Assembly (NCBI GenBank): GCA_044233875.1
Contig: JBIIJJ010000001.1
Coordinates: forward strand, 1-50,240
Reading direction: 5' to 3'
From: Miltoncostaeaceae bacterium
GTDB lineage: Bacteria; Actinomycetota; Thermoleophilia; Miltoncostaeales; Miltoncostaeaceae
DNA length: 50,240 bases
Both the position numbers and the translations under genes were made by a program. Position 1 is the first letter of the stretch. Every line of letters begins with the position of its first letter. Below, one piece after another: positions 26,006 to 34,604 of this stretch. Under the pieces are notes generated by a model. The model did not search any database, had not been told where the DNA came from, and was given only the letters and a program-made list of their open reading frames with translations.

Positions 26006-27193
26006 GTGCCGCGCGTGAGCCTGGACGCCCCCCACCCCGCGCGCACCCGCGTGTTCGCGCTGGCCACGGCGGCAATCGCCGTGGACACCCTCATGTTCAG
26101 CGCCATCGTGCCCGCCCTGCCGGAGTACCAGCGCGAGATGGGGCTGTCGGACACCGCCGTGGCGCTCATCTTCGCCGCGTTCCCCATCGCCCAGCTGCTG
26201 GTGGCCCTGCTGCTGCCCCGCTGGGTCGACAGCGCCGGCAGGCGCAAGGCGCTGGTGTTCGGGGCGCTGCTGCTGGCCGCATCGGGCGTTGCCTTCGCAT
26301 TCGCGCAGGATCCCGCCACGCTGGCCATCGCCCGCGCGGTGCAGGGCGGCGCAGCAGCCCTCACATGGACCGGCGCGCTCGCCGCGGTGAGCGACGTCTA
26401 CCCCACCAACCAGCTGGGCTTCCGCCTCGGGCTCGCAGAGACAGCCGGTGGTGGCGTGGGCCTGCTCGGCCCCCTCATCTCGGGCGTGCTCATCGACGCC
26501 ACGAGCGTCCGCACGACGTTCCTGGTGGTCTCGGTGGTGCCGCTGGCCCTGGCCGCCTGCGTGGCCCTCATCCCGGAAACCGCACGGCCGTCGTCCAGCC
26601 CGCCGTCGATCATCGCAGGGCTCCGCAGCGTTGCCCGATCGCGCGGCGCGCGCGCGGGCGGGCTCGCCCTCATCCTGCTGGCGTTGGTGGAGGCCATGCT
26701 CGAGCCCCTGCTGCCGCTCGATCTCTCCGAGCGCCTGGGCCTGTCATCGAGCGGAATCGGCCTGGTGCTCGCCCTCGGCACGGCCGCGCTGTTCCTGGGT
26801 TCCCCCGTGGGTGGCTGGTGGTCCGACCGCGCCGGGCGGCGCCTGCCCATCATCGTGGGCGGCATCATCACGGCCGTCGCCCTGCCCTTCGTCGCCATGG
26901 GCCCCGCCTGGTGGGTGACGCTGGCATTCGCCGTATGCGTGGGCGGCGCCGCCATCCTGGCGGCCCCGGCCGGCCCCCTCTTCACCGAGGCGGTCGACGA
27001 CATGGGGCACGCGGGCTCCTACGGCCTGAGCGCAGCGGCGATGGTGGTCGTCTATTCGGCCGGCTACACGCTCGGGCCCCTCCTGGGCGGCGGCCTGCAC
27101 CTGGCGCTGTCCTTCCAGGGCGTGGCGATCACGGTGGCGGTGATCGTGGCCCTCGGAACCGCCTGGATCGCCACCATGCTTCCCCGACACTGA
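26006..27193 (+). CDS. MFS transporter
   Basis: Track ORF of 395 aa with about 12 TMs. The loop motif DSAGRRK lies between TM2 and TM3. Confidence 0.8.
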   Translation: MPRVSLDAPHPARTRVFALATAAIAVDTLMFSAIVPALPEYQREMGLSDTAVALIFAAFPIAQLLVALLLPRWVDSAGRRKALVFGALLLAASGVAFAFAQDPATLAIARAVQGGAAALTWTGALAAVSDVYPTNQLGFRLGLAETAGGGVGLLGPLISGVLIDATSVRTTFLVVSVVPLALAACVALIPETARPSSSPPSIIAGLRSVARSRGARAGGLALILLALVEAMLEPLLPLDLSERLGLSSSGIGLVLALGTAALFLGSPVGGWWSDRAGRRLPIIVGGIITAVALPFVAMGPAWWVTLAFAVCVGGAAILAAPAGPLFTEAVDDMGHAGSYGLSAAAMVVVYSAGYTLGPLLGGGLHLALSFQGVAITVAVIVALGTAWIATMLPRH

Positions 27194-27287
27194 CGCCCCG
27201 GTAGTTCGCCCGGCCCCGCGCCGGACACCACCCCCATGCGCTCACCTAGCATCTCGCCCCGGAATCGACCGGAGGGAAGACGTCATC

Positions 27288-27713
27288 GTGGGCTGGACCA
27301 AGACGACCACTCGCCGAGCGCTTGCCGTGGGGCTCGCGGGCGCTGCCATCGCCTCCCCGGCGCTTGCGCAGAACAGCTACAACGTGCGCGCCGAGGGCCA
27401 GGTAACCAAGGCCACCAAGATCACGCGCGTCTCGGCCCAGCTGAACGGGTACGTCCAGAACCCCACCGGGCAGAAGTCGCGCCTCGCCTTCACGGTGGGC
27501 AAGCGCACCTTCACGAGCGGGTGGAGCACCAGCCGGCTCCCCCGGAAGGTCTCGGCGGCGGCCACGGGCCTGCGCCCCGGAACCAAGTACACGGTGCGCG
27601 GCCAGGTGCAGGCCTACGTGCTCTGCAAGGGCACCAAGCGCAAGCCCTGCAAGGCGAAGTTCGTCGTCAGGACGCGCCCGGCGGGTACGGTGTCCTTCAC
27701 CACCAAGGCGTAG
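27288..27713 (+). CDS. Secreted basic FN3-like small protein
   Basis: GTG start with a GGAGGG RBS. Signal ...ASPALAQ. GLRPGTKYTVRG is an FN3-like strand motif. The protein is K/R-rich. Confidence 0.6.
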   Translation: MGWTKTTTRRALAVGLAGAAIASPALAQNSYNVRAEGQVTKATKITRVSAQLNGYVQNPTGQKSRLAFTVGKRTFTSGWSTSRLPRKVSAAATGLRPGTKYTVRGQVQAYVLCKGTKRKPCKAKFVVRTRPAGTVSFTTKA

Positions 27714-27721
27714 GAGTGACA

Positions 27722-28411
27722 ATGGCCACGGTTGACCCCAAGCGCAAGGCGCTCGTGAAGGCGCTCATGGAGCGCAACCTCTACGAGATGCTCGACGTGC
27801 CCCGCGACGCGGGCGACGAGGAGATCCTCGCCGCCATCGCAACGCGCACGGAGTGGGTGGAGGAGACCCCCATGCGCCATGCCGACCGCGAGGCGGAGAT
27901 GCACTGGCTCGCGTGGGCGGACCGCGCCCTGGTGAAGGACCCGGAGATCCGCGCTGAGTACGACGCCGCCCTCGACGCCAGGGCCGCGGCCGAGGCCCGG
28001 GCCGTGGAGTCCAAGCAGCGCGTGCGCAAGCTGCGCGAGGCGCGCGACCAGCTGGCCCGCCGCGAGGCCAGCCGCGCGGTTCCGGTGGAGGAGAAGAAGC
28101 CCGCGCGCAAGGCGGCATCGCCCAAGAAGAAGGCCGAGGTCGTGGCGCCCGCCGGTGCCGGCCCCGAGGTGGAGGCCGTCGTGGAGGTCGTGTCGGAGAC
28201 CGTGGAGGTCAGCGCCACGCCGGATGGCGGCGTGCAGGTGACCGATACCGTCGACGTGGTCGAGGCCGTGGTCATGTCCGACGGCCAGGTGGAGGCCGTG
28301 GAGGTCATCGACACCATCACCGTCACCGAGGACGCCCAGGGCAACGTGGACGCCACCGAGACCATCGAGGTGGTCGAGGTGGACGAGCGCCCCGGGGACG
28401 CCCCGGCCTAG
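27722..28411 (+). CDS. J-domain-like protein lacking HPD, with acidic V/E/T/D-rich C-terminal repeats
   Basis: ATG 27722. LYEMLDVPRDAGDEEILAAI ... DPEIRAEYDAAL parallels J-domain helices I-IV, but the HPD position reads RHAD. The C-terminal 80 aa are degenerate V/E/T/D-rich repeats (for example TDTVDVVEAVV, VEAVEVIDTITV, ETIEVVEVDE). Confidence 0.55.
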   Translation: MATVDPKRKALVKALMERNLYEMLDVPRDAGDEEILAAIATRTEWVEETPMRHADREAEMHWLAWADRALVKDPEIRAEYDAALDARAAAEARAVESKQRVRKLREARDQLARREASRAVPVEEKKPARKAASPKKKAEVVAPAGAGPEVEAVVEVVSETVEVSATPDGGVQVTDTVDVVEAVVMSDGQVEAVEVIDTITVTEDAQGNVDATETIEVVEVDERPGDAPA

Positions 28412-29385
28412 GAGTCGAGGATGCGGCGGGCGGCCCACAGGCCGGTCGCCGCGACGTCCTCCATGTGCGGGCCGGCGGCCACTGCGTCGCCGGCCAGGAG
28501 CACCCGGGTCCAGTCGGGGTTGAGCGCCTCCTGGTCGAGCCGCCCGCGGGTGGTGGAGTAGCGCCAGCGCTTCACCTGCGACCACACGGGGGATGACGCC
28601 TGCTTGCCGAGCACCTTGGCAAGCGCCGGCAGCACCTCCGCCAGCACCACGCGGTCCGACTCCTCCATGAGGCGGTCGCTCACCTCGGGGTCGAGCCGCA
28701 CCACCAGCGGCACCACGCCATCCACCGGCTCCCGGCCCTTGGCCACCTCGTTGGTGATGTACGTGATGGGGCCGGTGAGGGGCCTGTGCGCGAACCACCC
28801 GGGTGGGTCCATGGCCACCCCGGCCAGCACCATCACGGCCACGTCGTACTGCACGGCACGCACGTCGGCAGCGCGCACCGCGCCCCGCGGGCTGGAGTCG
28901 AGCAGGTCGGCGGCCTGTGCACCGGGTGCCGTGATGATCACCCAGTCGTACAGCCCGAGCGTGTTCCCCTGGTCCTGGGCCAGCTCCAGCAGGTCGCCAT
29001 CGGCACGGATGCCTGCCACGCGAACGTCCGTGACCACCTGCAGGCCATCGGCCATGGCCTTGGGCAGGCGGGTCATGCCCGCCGGCCAGCCGAGGCGCGG
29101 TGCCCCCTCGATGGCGCGCCCCGGCACGGGGTCGCCCGGTGCCTCCACCTCCACCACGTCATCGGCCGCGAACTCCACGATGTACTTGGCCAGCACCCCG
29201 CCCGGCGGGGCGTCGAGCATGGGAAGGCCATGGTCGAGCACGGCACCGCCCTCGGCACGGCGCGCCGCCATGCGGCCGCCGAGGCCCCTGCTCTTCTCGA
29301 ACACCACCACCTCGTGACCGGCACCGGCCAGCTCGCGTGCGGCGACCAGGCCGGAGATTCCCGCACCGATGATGGCCACCCTCAC
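28408..29385 (-). CDS. NAD(P)/FAD-dependent oxidoreductase (renalase/COG3380-like)
   Basis: GTG 29385 (GTGA overlap). N-terminal VAIIGAGISGLVAARELAGAGHEVVVFEK dinucleotide fold. Confidence 0.7.
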   Translation of the reverse strand: MRVAIIGAGISGLVAARELAGAGHEVVVFEKSRGLGGRMAARRAEGGAVLDHGLPMLDAPPGGVLAKYIVEFAADDVVEVEAPGDPVPGRAIEGAPRLGWPAGMTRLPKAMADGLQVVTDVRVAGIRADGDLLELAQDQGNTLGLYDWVIITAPGAQAADLLDSSPRGAVRAADVRAVQYDVAVMVLAGVAMDPPGWFAHRPLTGPITYITNEVAKGREPVDGVVPLVVRLDPEVSDRLMEESDRVVLAEVLPALAKVLGKQASSPVWSQVKRWRYSTTRGRLDQEALNPDWTRVLLAGDAVAAGPHMEDVAATGLWAARRILDS

Positions 29386-30851
29386 GAGTGGGTCACCACC
29401 TCGGCCCGTGCGCGCTGCTCTGCGCGGGCCAGCTTGCAGATCTTGCGCAGCGTGCCGCCGAACACGTACTGGTGGAATGGCCACATTGCGTACCAGTAGG
29501 CACGGCCGAGCACCCCCATCGGGTCGAACAGCGCCGTCTGGTGAATCATGGTGCCCGAGGGAACCTCGCGCACCTCGTACTGCAGCCACGCGCGCCCGGG
29601 CAGTGCCATCTCGGCCTTCATGCGCAGCAGGTGGCCGGGCTGGACCTCCTCGACGCGCCAGAAGTCCACGGTGTCGCCAACCACCACGTGGTCCGGGTCG
29701 CGCCGCCCCCGGCGCGCGCCCGCGCCACCGAAGGGCAGGTCGAGCGCGCCGCGGACGTCCCACATCCAGTCGGCGTGGTACCAGCCGGCATCGCCGCCGA
29801 TGCGCTCGATGGGCGCGAACGCCACCTCGGGCGGCACCGGAACGAACGCCGAGCGGGCGTCCACGAGCCGGGTGCCCTTGCGGGCGCCACCCCAGCGCAT
29901 GCGCTCCTGGCCGCGCGACGACACGGCGTCCGACCACTTGGTCTCGGCGAACTCGCGGTCCTCGTTGGCCAGCGCACGCTCGATCTGCTCGGTCATCCCC
30001 ATGGGCTGCACCGCGAACATCCGCCGGGCGAGGTCGTTGGTCACAACGGTCTCGGCCTTCAGGCCGTCCACCAGCTCACGACCGATTCGCGCGTACACGG
30101 GGGTCACCAGGCCGAGCCAGAGGCTGGAGAGGCGCGGGGTGAGCACCGGTACGCGGATGAAGAAGCGCCTCAGGCCGCGGGCCTTGCCGTACTGGACGAG
30201 CAGTTGCCCGTACGACACGCGGTCCGTGCCGCCGATCTCCACCACCTCGCTGCCCTCGAGCGGCACCTCGGAGGCCTCCACCAGGTACTCGATGACGTCC
30301 TCGATGCCGATGGGCTGGGTGGGCGTGTCCACCCACTTGGGCCAGATCATCACGGGCAGGCGGTCCACCAGCGCGCGCACCATCTCGAACGAGAGGCTGC
30401 CGGATCCGATGATGACCGACGACCGGAACTCGATCGCGGGCACGGCTCCCGACCTGAGTATGCGCCCCACCTCCTGCCGGCTCTCGAGGTGCGTGGACAT
30501 GTGCGGCCCGCTGCCAAGGGCGCCCAGGTACACGATGCGCTTCACGCCGTTTCGCTCAGCGGCGGCGGAGAAGTTGCGTGCCGCGTCGCGCTCGGCCTTG
30601 TGGTAGTCGCCCTTCGCGCCCATCGAGTGCACGAGGAAGTACGCAACGTCCACGCCGCTCATGGCCTCGTCCAGGCCCTCGCCGGTGATCACGTCGCCCT
30701 TGACGATGCGCGTGGTGGGCAGGCAGCGCGATTCGAGGTTGTCGGGCGTACGTGCGAGGCACGTGATGTCGTCGCCCCGCTCCTCCAGGCGGTGCAGCAG
30801 GCGGCCGCCCACGTACCCCGTGCCCCCGGTGATCAGCACCCTCCGGCTCAC
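29382..30851 (-). CDS. NAD(P)H-binding SDR-like protein with C-terminal DUF2867-like domain
   Basis: GTG 30851 (GTGA overlap with the photolyase stop). VLITGGTGYVGGRL Rossmann motif. The C-terminal domain name is recalled from memory. Confidence 0.6.
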   Translation of the reverse strand: MSRRVLITGGTGYVGGRLLHRLEERGDDITCLARTPDNLESRCLPTTRIVKGDVITGEGLDEAMSGVDVAYFLVHSMGAKGDYHKAERDAARNFSAAAERNGVKRIVYLGALGSGPHMSTHLESRQEVGRILRSGAVPAIEFRSSVIIGSGSLSFEMVRALVDRLPVMIWPKWVDTPTQPIGIEDVIEYLVEASEVPLEGSEVVEIGGTDRVSYGQLLVQYGKARGLRRFFIRVPVLTPRLSSLWLGLVTPVYARIGRELVDGLKAETVVTNDLARRMFAVQPMGMTEQIERALANEDREFAETKWSDAVSSRGQERMRWGGARKGTRLVDARSAFVPVPPEVAFAPIERIGGDAGWYHADWMWDVRGALDLPFGGAGARRGRRDPDHVVVGDTVDFWRVEEVQPGHLLRMKAEMALPGRAWLQYEVREVPSGTMIHQTALFDPMGVLGRAYWYAMWPFHQYVFGGTLRKICKLARAEQRARAEVVTHS

Positions 30852-32275
30852 GCAGCGGCCTCCTGCATCTCGGCCCATCTCATGTCCGCCTCCTTGTAGC
30901 GCGCAATGGCCTCATTGCGGCGGAGCGAGTGCTCCACCACGGGGGCCGGGTAGTCGATGCCGATCCTGCACCCCGCCTCGCGCTGGGTGTCGTCGTCCAT
31001 GTTCCACGGTTCGTGGATGTACTTCGCGGGCACGCGCGCGAGCTCGGGAATCCATCGCCGCACGTAGTCGCCCGATGGATCAAACCGCTTGGCCTGCAGC
31101 ACCGGGTTGAACACGCGGAAGTACGGCGCGGCATCGGTGCCGGTTCCCGCCGTCCACTGCCAGCCACCGTTGTTGTTGCAGGGGTCGCCGTCCACGAGGC
31201 GGCGCATGAACTCGGCCTCGCCCCGACGCCAATCGATGAGGAGGTCCTTCACCAGAACGCTTGCGGCCACCATGCGGGCACGGTTGTGCATCCACCCCGT
31301 GGCGCGCATCTGGCGCATGCCGGCATCGCACAGCGGAAACCCCGTGCGCCCCTCGCACCAGGCGGCGAACAGGTCCGGGGCGTCGTCCCACTCGATGCCG
31401 CGGAAGGACGGCTTGAGCGCCGCACCCGCCACCTCGGGGTGACGGGCCATGTGATGGGCATAGAAGTCGCGCCACGCGAGTTGGCGCCAGAAGGCCACGC
31501 GCGATTCGGCGTTGCCCGTTCCCCCGCGAATCGCCCTGCCCACCTGCGACGGCGACAGCACGCCCATGCGGAGGTCGGCCGAAAGGTGCGACGTCCCGTC
31601 GTCCGCCAGCAGGTCGCGCCCCACGCCGTAGGCATCGAGCGCACCGCTGCGGATGAACTGCTCCAGTCGGCCCCGGGCGGCCGCGGGCCCGGCCTCGATC
31701 GGCGACTCGCCCGTGAGCAGTCCATCGATGTCGTCCGACGCGAGGGCGGGGCCGGCGATGCGGTCGGGTGGTGCGATGCGGTCGGCCACCGGATGCTGGT
31801 CCCACGCCCGGAAGAAGGGCGTGAACACCAGGTAGCCGTCGCCCTTGGAGCCGGAGACCTCCTCGAGGGGCAGCCGCCACGGGCCACCGACGGCACGCAT
31901 GTCCATGCCCTCGTCGTCGAGCGCACGGGCCACGGCGGCGTCGCGGCGTCGCGAGTACGGGGTGACGTCATCGGTCACCATCACCACATCGGCGCCTGCC
32001 TCGCGCGCCACCTGGGGCACGACGTCGACGGGGTCGCCGTGCCGCAGCACGAGCGCCGCCCCACGCGATCTCAGTTCTGCGCCCAGGGCCTCCAGGCACT
32101 CGCGCAGGAAACCCACGCGGGCGGGGGCCTGGTGATGCGGGGCGCCGAGCAGCGCCGGGTCAGCCACCCACAGGGCCACCACATCGCCCCGTTCGGCTGC
32201 AGCTGCCAGGGCCGGGTGGTCGTCAACGCGCAGGTCGCGGCGGAACCACATGACCGTGGTGGGGCGCTTGCTCAC
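30848..32275 (-). CDS. phr: Deoxyribodipyrimidine photolyase (cryptochrome/photolyase family)
   Basis: N-terminal WFRRDLRVDDHPAL. FAD-binding GGWQWTAGTGTDAAPYFRVFNP..Q. The start is GTG 32275 or ATG 32251. Confidence 0.9.
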   Translation of the reverse strand: MSKRPTTVMWFRRDLRVDDHPALAAAAERGDVVALWVADPALLGAPHHQAPARVGFLRECLEALGAELRSRGAALVLRHGDPVDVVPQVAREAGADVVMVTDDVTPYSRRRDAAVARALDDEGMDMRAVGGPWRLPLEEVSGSKGDGYLVFTPFFRAWDQHPVADRIAPPDRIAGPALASDDIDGLLTGESPIEAGPAAARGRLEQFIRSGALDAYGVGRDLLADDGTSHLSADLRMGVLSPSQVGRAIRGGTGNAESRVAFWRQLAWRDFYAHHMARHPEVAGAALKPSFRGIEWDDAPDLFAAWCEGRTGFPLCDAGMRQMRATGWMHNRARMVAASVLVKDLLIDWRRGEAEFMRRLVDGDPCNNNGGWQWTAGTGTDAAPYFRVFNPVLQAKRFDPSGDYVRRWIPELARVPAKYIHEPWNMDDDTQREAGCRIGIDYPAPVVEHSLRRNEAIARYKEADMRWAEMQEAAA

Positions 32276-32327
32276 ACGTTGATTGTGTCGCGTCCCATCC
32301 CCTGCGTGGCTGAGTACGGCAGGCAGG

Positions 32328-32350
32328 GCGTTGCGGGAAACCCGCAACGC
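32328..32350 (-). terminator. Perfect 10-bp hairpin between an upstream hypothetical gene and phr
   Basis: GCGTTGCGGG-AAA-CCCGCAACGC. There is no U-tract, so it would be an I-shaped terminator or another RNA/DNA structure. Confidence 0.35.
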
Positions 32351-32508
32351 AATCAGCGTTCTCCCTGATGGGGCGCGGCCGCAGCGGGCGTAGGTTCCGC
32401 CACGCAGTACGGAACCTGACATCCGGGACCGGTGGCCCCCCACGCGCTGATTCGGGGGAACGGCCGCACGCGGGGCTATGGCCCTGCGGCGGGGGCACCC
32501 TCCCGGTG

Positions 32509-32811
32509 TCAGTCCGTACTGCTGACGCCCTCCATGCGCACGGTCATCTCCACGAGGCGGGCCTCCGGCATGCGCGCCGCGAGCAGCATCTCCTTGGCCA
32601 GGCGGCCCCCATCGCGCGCGGCTTCGGCCATGGCCTGCTCCACGTCGATGGCGAATTCCGCCTCGATTCGGTGGCGATCGCGGTCCACCAGCACCTTGCC
32701 CAGCGGGCGCGTGCCGGGGATCGCCCGCGCGGCCCCGGCAAGGCGATCGGTGGCGGCGGCATCGAGGCCGCCGGGGTTCTCGGCCGTGAACCGGATCACG
32801 TACTCACTCAC
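32509..32811 (-). CDS. Hypothetical small protein (100 aa)
   Basis: GTG 32811 forms a GTGA overlap with the upstream gene. Good GC3. No family recognised. Confidence 0.5.
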   Translation of the reverse strand: MSEYVIRFTAENPGGLDAAATDRLAGAARAIPGTRPLGKVLVDRDRHRIEAEFAIDVEQAMAEAARDGGRLAKEMLLAARMPEARLVEMTVRMEGVSSTD

Positions 32812-33308
32812 GGGGCAAGCGTAGAGATGGCCCCGGCCCACCTGCGTGCCCATTCGCGCGCCGCGGGCCAGTCGGCCGCCGCGTACAGGTCGTCGAGCAC
32901 CTCGACGCGGGCATCCTCATCCGACTCGGCCCGCACCAGCCATGCCCAGCCGCCCCCGGCAAGCGGCTGCACCAGGCCCATCACGTAGGCCGTGGCGGCC
33001 TGCCCCATGGCCATCCGGGCATCGGGCAGCACGGGGTGGGCACCCAGCACGAGCACCAGCCGGCCGTGGGCGTCGAGCAGGTGAGGGCCCGCACCATCGG
33101 TGAGCACCACCGGGAGCAGCACCTCGGACAGCGCCAGGGGGCAGTCGGCGGCGTCGAGGTGCGGCAGCCATTCGCAGGCGCGCGCGGCCTCATCGCGGGT
33201 GAGCCCGGGCATCAGCACCCGGCCATCCGCGGCAACGCCGTAGCGGCGCGTGGGGTCTCCCCCGGCCATGGGCGCGTCATCCACGCGGATCACCTCGATA
33301 CCTGTCAC
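32808..33308 (-). CDS. Hypothetical protein (166 aa)
   Basis: Track ORF 32808..33344. GTG 33308 is preferred because ATG 33344 would overlap the divergent ADH start. No family recognised. Confidence 0.45.
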   Translation of the reverse strand: MTGIEVIRVDDAPMAGGDPTRRYGVAADGRVLMPGLTRDEAARACEWLPHLDAADCPLALSEVLLPVVLTDGAGPHLLDAHGRLVLVLGAHPVLPDARMAMGQAATAYVMGLVQPLAGGGWAWLVRAESDEDARVEVLDDLYAAADWPAAREWARRWAGAISTLAP

Positions 33309-33319
33309 GCTCTGAGCAT

Positions 33320-34315
33320 ATGCGGGCCATGGTCCTGACAGCACCGGGAAGCATCCACGCCAAGCCGCTGCGGTTCGCGACCTTCCCCGACCCCGAGCCC
33401 GCGGCGGGCGAGGTGGTCATCCGCGTTGGCGCCTGCGCCGCATGCCGCACTGACCTGCAGATCTGCGAGGGCGACCTGCCGGCGCACCTCATGCCGGTGA
33501 TCCCCGGCCATCAGGTGGCGGGGCGCATCGCGGCGGTGGGCCCGGGCGTGACCGGGTGGCGCGAGGGCGATCGCGCGGGCCTCACCTGGCTCGCAGGCAC
33601 CTGCGGCGAATGCGGCTTCTGCATATCGGGCCGCGAGAACCTGTGCGAGCGGGCCACCTTCACCGGCTGGGACAGGCACGGGGGCTTCGCCGAGATGGTG
33701 TCGGCGCGCGCCGACATGGTGGTTCCGCTTCCGGAGGGTCCGGCCGACCGCGACATCGCGCCGCTCCTGTGCGGGGGCATCATCGGCTTCAGGGCCCTGC
33801 GCGTGGCGGGCATCACCCCCGGCGCACGCGTGGGCCTGTACGGCTTCGGTGCGTCGGCGCTGCAGGCGATCCAGGTGGCCCGGCACATGGGATGCCGCAT
33901 CGCCGTGGCCACCCGATCGGAGGCCGAGCAACAGCGTGCTCTCGACATGGGCGCCGAATGGGCGGGCACCTACGACGACACCCCGCCCTTCCCCCTCGAC
34001 CTGGCGGTCACCTTCGCTCCCGTGGGCGACGTGGTGCCGCGCGCGCTCGCGGCCCTCGATCGTGGCGGCACCGTGGCAATCAACGCCATCCACCTCGACA
34101 GGCTGCCCCAGATGGACTACGCCGACCTCTGGTGGGAGCGGTCGATCCGCTCGGTCGCCAACGTGACCCGGCAGGACGCCCGTGACTACCTGAGCCTGGC
34201 GGCGGAGATACCCGTGGTCACCTCGGTCGAGGAGCACGCGCTGCCCGATGCCAACCGCGCCCTGCAGCGCATCGCCACCGGTGAGGTGGACGGCGCCGCG
34301 GTGGTCGTGCCCTAG
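33320..34315 (+). CDS. Zinc-dependent alcohol dehydrogenase family protein
   Basis: GHQVAG catalytic-zinc motif and the structural-zinc CGECGFCISGRENLC motif. Confidence 0.85.
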   Translation: MRAMVLTAPGSIHAKPLRFATFPDPEPAAGEVVIRVGACAACRTDLQICEGDLPAHLMPVIPGHQVAGRIAAVGPGVTGWREGDRAGLTWLAGTCGECGFCISGRENLCERATFTGWDRHGGFAEMVSARADMVVPLPEGPADRDIAPLLCGGIIGFRALRVAGITPGARVGLYGFGASALQAIQVARHMGCRIAVATRSEAEQQRALDMGAEWAGTYDDTPPFPLDLAVTFAPVGDVVPRALAALDRGGTVAINAIHLDRLPQMDYADLWWERSIRSVANVTRQDARDYLSLAAEIPVVTSVEEHALPDANRALQRIATGEVDGAAVVVP

Positions 34316-34346
34316 CCGCACGCCGGCCACCGCGGCGCGCGGCGCA

Positions 34347-34604
34347 TCAGCCGAAGCCGTCCGTGAGGTGCTTGACGGCCCCGGTCAGGGCCTTCTTGAG
34401 GGAGTTGCCCACGTCGGGAGCCCATCCCTTGGCCGCAACCGCGACGGCCGCCACGAGCAGGGTCACCATCACGACCATGCCCACGTACTCGACCGTGCCC
34501 TGGCCGCGCGAATCACGAACGCGCCACCACGCCTGCACGCCCCACGCGTGCATGCGCCCCGCCAGTGCCTGCATCACCGCTTCCCCCTTGTTCGCTTTGG
34601 TCAT
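34347..34604 (-). CDS. Flp/DUF4244-like pilin-type small protein (class III signal peptide)
   Basis: RG-QGTVEYVGMVVMVTLLVAAVAVAA places Glu at +5 after Gly, followed by a hydrophobic helix. ATGA overlap with the upstream gene. Confidence 0.5.
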   Translation of the reverse strand: MTKANKGEAVMQALAGRMHAWGVQAWWRVRDSRGQGTVEYVGMVVMVTLLVAAVAVAAKGWAPDVGNSLKKALTGAVKHLTDGFG

